32,000 bases of DNA from Candidatus Omnitrophota bacterium (GTDB taxonomy: Bacteria > Omnitrophota > Gorgyraeia > 2-01-FULL-45-10), in the NCBI GenBank assembly GCA_023818895.1, contig JAMWCX010000002.1:240001-272000 (forward strand), read 5' to 3'. Numbering within the stretch: position 1 is the stretch's first letter; each line of letters opens with the position of its first letter. Shown one piece after another: positions 8,057 through 14,725 of the stretch. The notes under the pieces were generated by a model. It made no database searches. It was not told the DNA's origin and was given only the letters and a program-made list of their open reading frames with translations. The translations under genes were made by a program, and so were the position numbers.

Positions 8057-11000
8057 TTAAGCGGATATCAGAGCCTGAGATATACTTTCATATTCTTTCC
8101 TCGCGTCATACGCCTCTATCGGCCTGTAAGAAAGTATACCTTTTATAAGCTTGAGCACATCATCGTTTATAATAGCGTTTATGTAATCTTCAGCCGCTAT
8201 GCCGTCATAAAGATTAAAATGAGATTTGAGATAGAAGCTTAGAACCCTATATATAGGCGAATCCTGCGGCGTATCCTTATCGATGCGCCGCGCAAGAAGC
8301 ATCATGGCATAGGTATCAAGCTGGAACTGTTCGCGATAACTATCCTTCTCCGCTTTTGCGCTGAGAAGATCCTGCGTGCTGGTCCTTATGAACCTGACGC
8401 CGGCCTGCGTAAGCTTCCTGAGGTGGTATTCCGAGAGCTCAAACGGCACCAGGGCTATGGATCTACCCTCTTTGCCGGCGGCCTTGGCGAGGACATTATC
8501 CACAAAGTGGTCGAAAGTCTGCCCGCTTACGCTGTCGAGGTCGAACCTGTCGCCGTACCTGTTCCTGTGCTCTTCGAGCTCACCGTTTCTGTAAAATTCC
8601 GATGCGATGAGGAGGGTGTAGCGCTCCTGCGGGTGTGTAGGGATCATCAATCCGGCCTCTCTGGCAAGGGTAGCCATATGGGTCATTTCGTCTTCACTAT
8701 TTAATATCTTGGCTTCCCCTATATGAGAAACTATCATGCGCTCCGTCAACAATCTTTCGATATCACGGCGAATAAACAAAGGCAACTGAATATACGCGTC
8801 AGATTTCAAATATATATCGCCCTTATCGTTCAATTCTTCTATCGCCTCCACAAAAGCGTTGATCCTTTGCCTACTTCTTGCGTATTCAGGGCTTGTGCTG
8901 GGCGCTAATTCAATAACATTATACATACTCTGCAATAAAAGAGAGACGTTTTCAAATTCTCCTTTAGAATACATATCTAATATCATCGCTTTTGTTCCAT
9001 TAAACACCTCATCGTGCGAAATATTGCCGCTTATCATCTCGCCGCGCGCCGACGCGCTGGTGTTATCGAGTTCGTCGCTATGCTCACCGCGTGTCGTTGA
9101 GGCAACGACACTGCCTTTGCCCGATGCAGGCAACATCGAGTATTCTTCAGGGTTGAATAATTCAAGGTTAACGACTGGTTTTTCATATCGTTTGGCTCGC
9201 AGGGCAATATCCTTCGCCCTCTGCCTCCCCAATGCCGACAATTTAAATTGTTTCTCATTCCTCGGCCCTGCCTCGACAATCTGTTCCAGAACCCTCTGTT
9301 TTAACAGAGAATTTTGAGATTGGAACAGGTCGCGTTCGGCTGTTCTAACGATAGAACTCCAGTTAGGAGCGGGAGCCTCAAATCCGAGATCCTTGTAATG
9401 CTGTCTGTATATTTCGGCAATTTTAGGCGCTGAAATTATATCGCCCGGCTTTAAATATAGCGCTATGAGTTTCAGTGTATCCTCCGGGCTCTTGCCCGGC
9501 CGCGCAATAAAACGTCCTTTATCATCCATTCTGGGAGATTCGCCAAACAAGTGATCTACAAGTTCTTCATATTGTTGGCGCTTTGCAAACAATATCTCCC
9601 GTCCGATCTTTGGATCAACCTTAAACACAACCCTTCCCGAAGCGAGCTCTAGGACCAGAATCCCGTCTTTTACCAACGCCATAAGGTCTTTTCTGGCGGT
9701 TGAGGGGGGAATGATGGATTCGAAATTAAGTTCGGGATGCGAAGCCACCACTCTCTTATATTCTGTCTTGTACTTATTGATATCGAACGACCCTTTCTGC
9801 AAAATCTCAGAAAGCGCTATGACCATCATGGCATCTTCGGGGCTCTTCCCGGACCGCTTGCCAAATGTGCCGTCATCATTTCGCGGTTGAGGCCTTGGCC
9901 GACCAAGCGCCGAGTAGGCCTTTTCGACTTCTTTCTTCGACTCCTCCACTGACTCATCGAGGATTTCCATCATCCTGGTTTGTATTAAAATATGGGCTTT
10001 GGTAAGGGCAAGCATGGTCTTTCCATCTCGCGCCGACAACGCAAGTTCCCTACTATTACGAAGATTCGACAAAGCCTGGCTTAGGATTTCATAGTTCGAG
10101 ATTTCGTTCATCAGAGATTCAAGCTCATCCAAACTCTTTTTTCCTTTTACTATATCATCTAAAAGCGCTGCTATACCGGAGAGCATAGCCTCTTTACGGC
10201 TGACACCTCCCGAGACAGCCTCGAATACCCATTTGCCATTTTTCTTAACAAGAAATCCGCCTCGTCTTGCATCATCAAGTATTAGATATCTCTCATCTGA
10301 ATATTTGATAACCTTGAATTGTTTTGTAAAACTATATACATAATGCTCGCTATGAACGGCTCCATCGGCATTAGCATATAGCATCAATATCTCATCCTTC
10401 TGCTTGCCGTTCATCTCAAGTCCGCTTTCCTCAACCATCTGATGCATAGCCGCTCTGGTTTTGTCGCCTTCACCAATCATCTCTACCTCGCGAGAGGAGG
10501 CGATTTTATGACCATCTTTAAGCCTGGCGTAAAGTATGCTGCCGCCAATATATTGCTGCACTATCGAATTGGCTGGAATGTCGTCCGTTGCCTCTACGGC
10601 CTCAAGACCGGCAAGAGTCCATTCGAGTCTCTCTATCGTCCTAAGAGCCTCTCTATCGCCGTCTTTGCCCGCCATCTCAAGGGCCCTATCTATCAGTTCC
10701 TGTGCGTAATATTTTATCAAAGGAAGCTCGTAAGCAAGATAACCGTTAAAGGTAATATCGGCTTTCGGCCAATTGGGGTAAACCATCTCTATCTGCCGTT
10801 TTCGCTCCCCTTGCCAGGTCCTTATGACATCCAATGCGTCTCTTCCTTCCGTATAATAATAGGTAAGTATATGCCTTAGAAGTCTCAAGTCTAGCGATGT
10901 GAGCGGCCAGTTGCCACTAAGCTTCATGCTAGGCGCGGTATTGACAAATATGCTAAACCTAATTTTTTCCGGTATTGCTTTTAATATGGAATCGCTCAAT

Positions 11001-13498
11001 GCGTAATTACCTTCGGCTATGACTATATCGTCTTTAGCCAGCTGTATCGTCTTTTCTACTCTTTTACCTTTAACATAGTCGAAAGTTGTTATCGGCTTAC
11101 CCTCACGCAGCGCTTCGATTTCTTTCAGCGTAAGCCTGTCGAAATCTATACGTACCGCCCTTCTGCCATATTCTTTTAGACGATCAACGATATTCATACT
11201 GAGGCCTATCTTTCCGCTCGTCACAGGCCCTGTAACAATAACGAAACTATTGCCTTTTTCAGGAAGCTTTGAGATTATTTTTTTAACTATGTTATCGATC
11301 TCTTTAGACTTTTCGCTCTCTACATATTTTATAAGATCCGGAAATTTCCCGTCTCTTATGAGCTGATTCAGCTCCTCGACGGTTTCCGGCACAAATAGGG
11401 TATTACCATAACCTTTATATGGCTTCCCATCGTCTTTAAATATTGCTGCTAACCTCGCATTCCTAGCCAGCTCTGCGTGTACCATCCTTATCACAGCTAT
11501 TACACCTGCCGCCTTTCGCAAAGTAACTTCATATCGTTGCGCGGTTTCAAGAACGGCTATCGTTGCGGCTCTCATCCTTTCCTCAAGCATCTTATCCACC
11601 GCCGTAAGCGTCCACTGCTCCTCCTCGAGGTTCTGCAACCACTCGAAATAAGAAACGGCTACGCCGCCGGCGTTGGCCAGTATATCGGGAACGACCAATA
11701 TGCCTTTTGCCTCAAGAATTTTATCGGCTTCCGGCGTTGTTGGGCCGTTTGCCGCCTCAACTATAAGTTTGGCGCGTATTTTCTTCGCAACCTCAGCGGT
11801 TACGGTGCTTTCTCGCGCTGCCGGAATCAGGATATCACAGCTGGTAGACCAAAATTCTTCCGCGGTAATAGAAGACGCGCCGCTAAAATTGGAGAATGTA
11901 TTACCCTTATTTCTTGTTTTGTAATCACCTTTGAGCGCGTTGGCAAAAAGGTGCTTATCAAGAGCTTTTATATCTATACCATTGTCGTTAAAGATAATCT
12001 CATCGGTTTTATTTAGCGCGTCGTATTCTTTAATTGCCACAATCTTAGCACCGGCTTCATAAAATATCCTCGCTGCCCAACCGCCCACATTGCCGTATCC
12101 TTCTATAAGTACCTTCTTACCTCTCACATCAGGCCCTATGCCAAGCTTGATTCCGACGGCCTTCAAAACCGTCACTGTTGTGAAGAAAACACCTTGCCCT
12201 GTCGCCTTTTCCCTCCCTAGCGAACCGCCTTTCCCAACGGGTTTTCCAGTTACGACCGCCGCGGCCATAGGATCTTTTGTATTTATCGCGTATTCATCAC
12301 GCATCCAGTCCATGAGCATTCCGTCGGTACCCATATCCGGGGCAGGAACATCAACGAGCGGCCCTATCACGGCCTCTGCCTTATTAGGGGCGAGCTTATC
12401 TGTATAAGCCCTCATTAAACGTTCTTTTTCAGATTCCGAAAGACTCTTCGGATCACATATGATTCCCCCTTTTCCGCCACCATAAGGTATGCCCACAACG
12501 GCACATTTCAAAGTCATCCACTTTGAAAGGGCCCGCACCTCAGTCTCGCTTACTGCAGGATCCCACCTTATCCCACCTTTGGCTGGGCCACGTGCGTCGT
12601 TATCAAGAGAGCGATATCCTTTGAAGAGCTTGATGCTACCATCGTCCATCTTGACCGGCAGGTCAACCCTTGTCAAAAGCTGTGTATGTAAAAAGCCGGT
12701 GAAACCGACACTCGGCATGCCATGTAAGAATATTGGGTCGAGATCTATCGTATCCGCTATATCGCACATCTGCTGCCTGGCGATATCGAGCGGATCGGGG
12801 GTTGCTTTTTGACTTTGGCTTGCCTGATGCACCAAACTGGCTGGAATAGTGGATAGTTTGTCATGGTCCTCACGCGCCACACCACCTGAAACCATCATCA
12901 TCTTCCAGTTGCCGTTTTCGTAAGCAAGGTATCCGCCTATCTTGTCCCGATCGAGAACAAGATACTTATCTTTAGATATCTTTTTTACTGTGTAAGAATA
13001 GGCTTCGGCAATAATATCCTCTCTTTTCTGGTTCGTGAGTTTCGCATACATAGTTAAGATGTCTATCTTCTCCTGCGTGTATACCTGTATGGGGAATCCA
13101 CCTTCGGCATCTTTGAGAGGGGAATACACCGCGTAATATGTCCTGGGCAGCTCATTGCCGCTCTGCCTTATTCGGAACCTGACAGCTATCAGTCCGCTGG
13201 GAAGAACTTCGCGTTCCCTGAAAAATGGCTGCACACCATCCGGATTCATTGTCCCCCTTTCTCTGACAAGAATGTCGCCGGAGAGCGCTGATGGGCCGAA
13301 TTTTTTCAGAATCTCCTCAAGAAATATCTTTATCCTGCCCATATCTTGATTCTGAATTCCGGTTATGTCGTCTATCTGCGAAGGTACAGCAAGTTTGTCC
13401 AAAGCGGATTTTTGGCAAAACGCTGGTTCTAGCAAAATACTGTTCAATATGAAAAAGGATGCTGTAACTGCAGTAATGGTCTTTTTGAATATTTTCAT
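8057..13498 (-). CDS. giant multidomain protein (signal peptide, repeat A, glutamate dehydrogenase domain, uridine-kinase-like domain, repeat A', coiled linker, 2x repeat B, unknown C-terminal domain); no established name
   Basis: Uninterrupted 1813-codon ORF. AGGAGA sits 7 nt upstream of the ATG. It has its own terminator. Conserved enzyme motifs are in frame throughout (see the domain features). Confidence 0.85.
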   Translation of the reverse strand: MKIFKKTITAVTASFFILNSILLEPAFCQKSALDKLAVPSQIDDITGIQNQDMGRIKIFLEEILKKFGPSALSGDILVRERGTMNPDGVQPFFREREVLPSGLIAVRFRIRQSGNELPRTYYAVYSPLKDAEGGFPIQVYTQEKIDILTMYAKLTNQKREDIIAEAYSYTVKKISKDKYLVLDRDKIGGYLAYENGNWKMMMVSGGVAREDHDKLSTIPASLVHQASQSQKATPDPLDIARQQMCDIADTIDLDPIFLHGMPSVGFTGFLHTQLLTRVDLPVKMDDGSIKLFKGYRSLDNDARGPAKGGIRWDPAVSETEVRALSKWMTLKCAVVGIPYGGGKGGIICDPKSLSESEKERLMRAYTDKLAPNKAEAVIGPLVDVPAPDMGTDGMLMDWMRDEYAINTKDPMAAAVVTGKPVGKGGSLGREKATGQGVFFTTVTVLKAVGIKLGIGPDVRGKKVLIEGYGNVGGWAARIFYEAGAKIVAIKEYDALNKTDEIIFNDNGIDIKALDKHLFANALKGDYKTRNKGNTFSNFSGASSITAEEFWSTSCDILIPAARESTVTAEVAKKIRAKLIVEAANGPTTPEADKILEAKGILVVPDILANAGGVAVSYFEWLQNLEEEQWTLTAVDKMLEERMRAATIAVLETAQRYEVTLRKAAGVIAVIRMVHAELARNARLAAIFKDDGKPYKGYGNTLFVPETVEELNQLIRDGKFPDLIKYVESEKSKEIDNIVKKIISKLPEKGNSFVIVTGPVTSGKIGLSMNIVDRLKEYGRRAVRIDFDRLTLKEIEALREGKPITTFDYVKGKRVEKTIQLAKDDIVIAEGNYALSDSILKAIPEKIRFSIFVNTAPSMKLSGNWPLTSLDLRLLRHILTYYYTEGRDALDVIRTWQGERKRQIEMVYPNWPKADITFNGYLAYELPLIKYYAQELIDRALEMAGKDGDREALRTIERLEWTLAGLEAVEATDDIPANSIVQQYIGGSILYARLKDGHKIASSREVEMIGEGDKTRAAMHQMVEESGLEMNGKQKDEILMLYANADGAVHSEHYVYSFTKQFKVIKYSDERYLILDDARRGGFLVKKNGKWVFEAVSGGVSRKEAMLSGIAALLDDIVKGKKSLDELESLMNEISNYEILSQALSNLRNSRELALSARDGKTMLALTKAHILIQTRMMEILDESVEESKKEVEKAYSALGRPRPQPRNDDGTFGKRSGKSPEDAMMVIALSEILQKGSFDINKYKTEYKRVVASHPELNFESIIPPSTARKDLMALVKDGILVLELASGRVVFKVDPKIGREILFAKRQQYEELVDHLFGESPRMDDKGRFIARPGKSPEDTLKLIALYLKPGDIISAPKIAEIYRQHYKDLGFEAPAPNWSSIVRTAERDLFQSQNSLLKQRVLEQIVEAGPRNEKQFKLSALGRQRAKDIALRAKRYEKPVVNLELFNPEEYSMLPASGKGSVVASTTRGEHSDELDNTSASARGEMISGNISHDEVFNGTKAMILDMYSKGEFENVSLLLQSMYNVIELAPSTSPEYARSRQRINAFVEAIEELNDKGDIYLKSDAYIQLPLFIRRDIERLLTERMIVSHIGEAKILNSEDEMTHMATLAREAGLMIPTHPQERYTLLIASEFYRNGELEEHRNRYGDRFDLDSVSGQTFDHFVDNVLAKAAGKEGRSIALVPFELSEYHLRKLTQAGVRFIRTSTQDLLSAKAEKDSYREQFQLDTYAMMLLARRIDKDTPQDSPIYRVLSFYLKSHFNLYDGIAAEDYINAIINDDVLKLIKGILSYRPIEAYDARKEYESISQALISA
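9179..9547 (-). repeat. internal protein repeat B, copy 2 (residues ~1318-1440)
   Basis: RMDDKGRFIARPGKSPEDTLKLIAL...VRTAERDLFQ...LEQIVEAGPRNEKQFKL. Shares DD.G.F..R.GKSPED....IAL and a later TA..DL segment with copy 1. Confidence 0.6.
9569..9901 (-). repeat. internal protein repeat B, copy 1 (residues ~1200-1310)
   Basis: RNDDGTFGKRSGKSPEDAMMVIAL...STARKDLMALVKDGILVLELASGRVVFKV. GKSPED codons verified at 9833-9850. Confidence 0.6.
10184..10408 (-). repeat. internal protein repeat A, copy 2 (residues ~1031-1105)
   Basis: ILMLYANA...YSFTKQFKVIKYSDERYLILDDARRGGFLVKKNGKWVFEAVSGGVSRKE aligns with copy 1. Shared pattern: Y.(V/I)LD....GG(Y/F)L...NG.W....VSGGV.R. Confidence 0.7.
10529..11266 (-). 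other. uridine-kinase-like (long Udk/nucleoside-kinase family) domain, residues ~745-990
   Basis: FVIVTGPVTSGKIG (Walker A-like), FDYVKGKR, DIVIAEGNYAL, LRLLRHILTYYYTEGRDA..VIRTW, PKADITFNGYLAYELPLIKYYA and IPANSIVQQYIGGS. These follow the order I recall for the ~550-aa clostridial Udk-like kinases (GPSSSGKTT ... FDF.TGKR ... IIEG ... LLRR.VRD ... ADVMFNSAL.YEL ... IP.NSILREFIGGS). Confidence 0.65.
11459..12715 (-). other. Glu/Leu/Phe/Val dehydrogenase (glutamate dehydrogenase-type) domain, residues ~262-680
   Basis: Motifs PAKGGIRW, GIPYGGGKGGI (catalytic Lys; AAA codon verified at 12470-12472), PAPDMGT, TGKPVGKGGSLGRE.ATG.GV, Rossmann GYGNVGG, ILIPAA, EAANGPTTPEA, PDILANAGGV.VSYFEW.QN. Confidence 0.85.
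12854..13078 (-). repeat. internal protein repeat A, copy 1 (residues ~141-215)
   Basis: ILTMYAKL...YSYTVKKISKDKYLVLDRDKIGGYLAYENGNWKMMMVSGGVARED aligns with copy 2. Confidence 0.7.
13415..13498 (-). other. predicted N-terminal signal peptide or membrane anchor of the giant protein
   Basis: Residues 1-28 MKIFKKTITAVTASFFILNSILLEPAFC: a basic n-region, an uncharged hydrophobic core, then a small-residue region. Confidence 0.6.
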
Positions 13499-13531
13499 AC
13501 AATTTCTCCTATAGTTTATCTATATTGTTTA

Positions 13532-14509
13532 TTACATCGGGTGTGCTTCAACCGGCCTGAGAGTATGATATCCGCCTTTATCCTCTTTCTCCAGTATGGC
13601 CGCATCCTCTTCTATACGATGATACGGCATTATACCTTTATAGCCTTTCAGTCTTTTCCATTCTTCATCCGAATAAACGACTACGGAAAAGCCCTCGTCT
13701 TTTTTCCCATTGATCGAAAATAAGGCGTGATAATACCGCTTTTCATTTGAGTCTTCGGCTCTGCATAACACCCGAAAGCCACACGAGGTAAGTTCCAATT
13801 TATCGAACATGAAAGTTATGGAAACTCTCCCCCCTAAATCGAATCTCTTATCTTTCAATATGGTAATGAAGGTGCCTATATTGAGTGGCATCTTTGTCCT
13901 GGCAAAGGAGGCAAGTTGCTCATGCATGACTACCTTAATTATGCCCATATCCTTATATTCGGCGCCTAAAATATTGCCATGAAGTAAAGAGGCTGACAAA
14001 TTATTCGCCGCAATGTTTATCGAGTATCCTCTTTCTACCGCTTGACCAAGATCGCCGTTATCGGACATGTAAATTATCTTCTCCCAGTCGGGAAATTGCT
14101 GGTTGATTGTTTCAATCAGTGTCCGGCCTTTTGTCTTTATCATTTCCCGGTTAGATATGTAGCTATAGGTTGTTCCATACTTAAATACGCATATTGCGTG
14201 CATCATACCTATCTGCCTAAATCGGATAACTATAACATCGCTTTTTATGCCAAGGTGTTTAAGGATATAATGGCTTAAGAGAGCCAGGTCTTCGCAATCC
14301 CCTTTTCTCGTTCGAATAGTTTCTTCAATGCTTTGTCTCGAGTCTGGAAATTTAAACTCATACGAAAACTCACTCTGCAACCAGGCCACAAGATCTTCCG
14401 GAGATTTTATCGTACTTGGAATTGCTACGTTACTATAAGACAGACAGTTTCCCGGCGAGAAAAGGACGCACGCTATAACAAGGATTATTAATAAACTATT
14501 CTTAGTCAT
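13532..14509 (-). CDS. secreted transglutaminase-like / BTLCP (LapG-like) cysteine peptidase
   Basis: Start moved to the ATG at 14509: AGGAG lies 11 nt upstream, the N-terminus MTKNSLLIILVIACVLFSPGNC is signal-peptide-like, and the ORF-track extension contains a promoter and a terminator. Motif W...F.Y......SIEETIRTRKGDCEDLALLSHYILKHLGI, then MMHAICVF, then ISN about 16 residues later. That gives Cys (TGC at 14294-14296), His and Asn in the spacing of the transglutaminase-like catalytic triad. Only 33 nt separate it from the giant gene. Confidence 0.7.
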   Translation of the reverse strand: MTKNSLLIILVIACVLFSPGNCLSYSNVAIPSTIKSPEDLVAWLQSEFSYEFKFPDSRQSIEETIRTRKGDCEDLALLSHYILKHLGIKSDVIVIRFRQIGMMHAICVFKYGTTYSYISNREMIKTKGRTLIETINQQFPDWEKIIYMSDNGDLGQAVERGYSINIAANNLSASLLHGNILGAEYKDMGIIKVVMHEQLASFARTKMPLNIGTFITILKDKRFDLGGRVSITFMFDKLELTSCGFRVLCRAEDSNEKRYYHALFSINGKKDEGFSVVVYSDEEWKRLKGYKGIMPYHRIEEDAAILEKEDKGGYHTLRPVEAHPM

Positions 14510-14555
14510 CGATTCTATCGCTCCTAAAGAATGTTTATATAAACGTTTATTTTCG

Positions 14556-14585
14556 AAAAAAAATGCCTGGCAATTTATGCCAGGC
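14556..14585 (-). terminator. strong rho-independent terminator (downstream of metG, upstream of the peptidase gene)
   Basis: Minus strand: GCCUGGCA UAAAU UGCCAGGC A UUUUUUUU. Perfect 8-bp GC-rich stem, 5-nt loop, U8 tract. Confidence 0.8.
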
Positions 14586-14656
14586 TTATCACCATCTATC
14601 ATTTTAATTTTATAACGCATCTGTCTTTTTGTTTTGCTAATTTGTATTGTATAGAA

Positions 14657-14684
14657 AGTATAACACACGATAATCTGTTGTCAA
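14657..14684 (-). promoter_or_regulatory. candidate near-consensus sigma70-type promoter
   Basis: Minus strand: TTGACA (14684-14679), 16 nt, TGT-TATACT (extended -10; hexamer 14662-14657). Predicted start near 14650, about 65 nt upstream of the terminator hairpin. Confidence 0.45.
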
Positions 14685-14725
14685 GTATTTATATCTAACT
14701 TTTTTATTATTTAACTACTAGGAAT

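Noticed and set aside
8057-13498. Giant protein as a member of the known ~1600-aa (L_180 class) NAD-specific glutamate dehydrogenases
   Set aside because: The catalytic region here has the small hexameric GDH motif set and sits in the N-terminal third behind a signal peptide. It is followed by a Udk-like module and repeats. That layout does not match what I know of the large GDH class.
14510-14668. 53-codon N-terminal extension of the peptidase ORF as given in the ORF track (start 14668)
   Set aside because: The extension contains a near-consensus promoter and a perfect intrinsic terminator hairpin plus U8, and it would place ~50 residues in front of a signal peptide. The ATG at 14509 has an AGGAG site. 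The stop-free frame is noted in the leader finding but is not accepted as coding.
7014-14684. Accessory block as a classical mobile genomic island or prophage remnant
   Set aside because: I saw no integrase, transposase or recombinase ORF, no flanking tRNA, and no flanking direct or inverted repeats. My by-eye GC sampling of several 60-nt lines inside and outside the block was too scattered to claim a compositional shift, so this needs computation.
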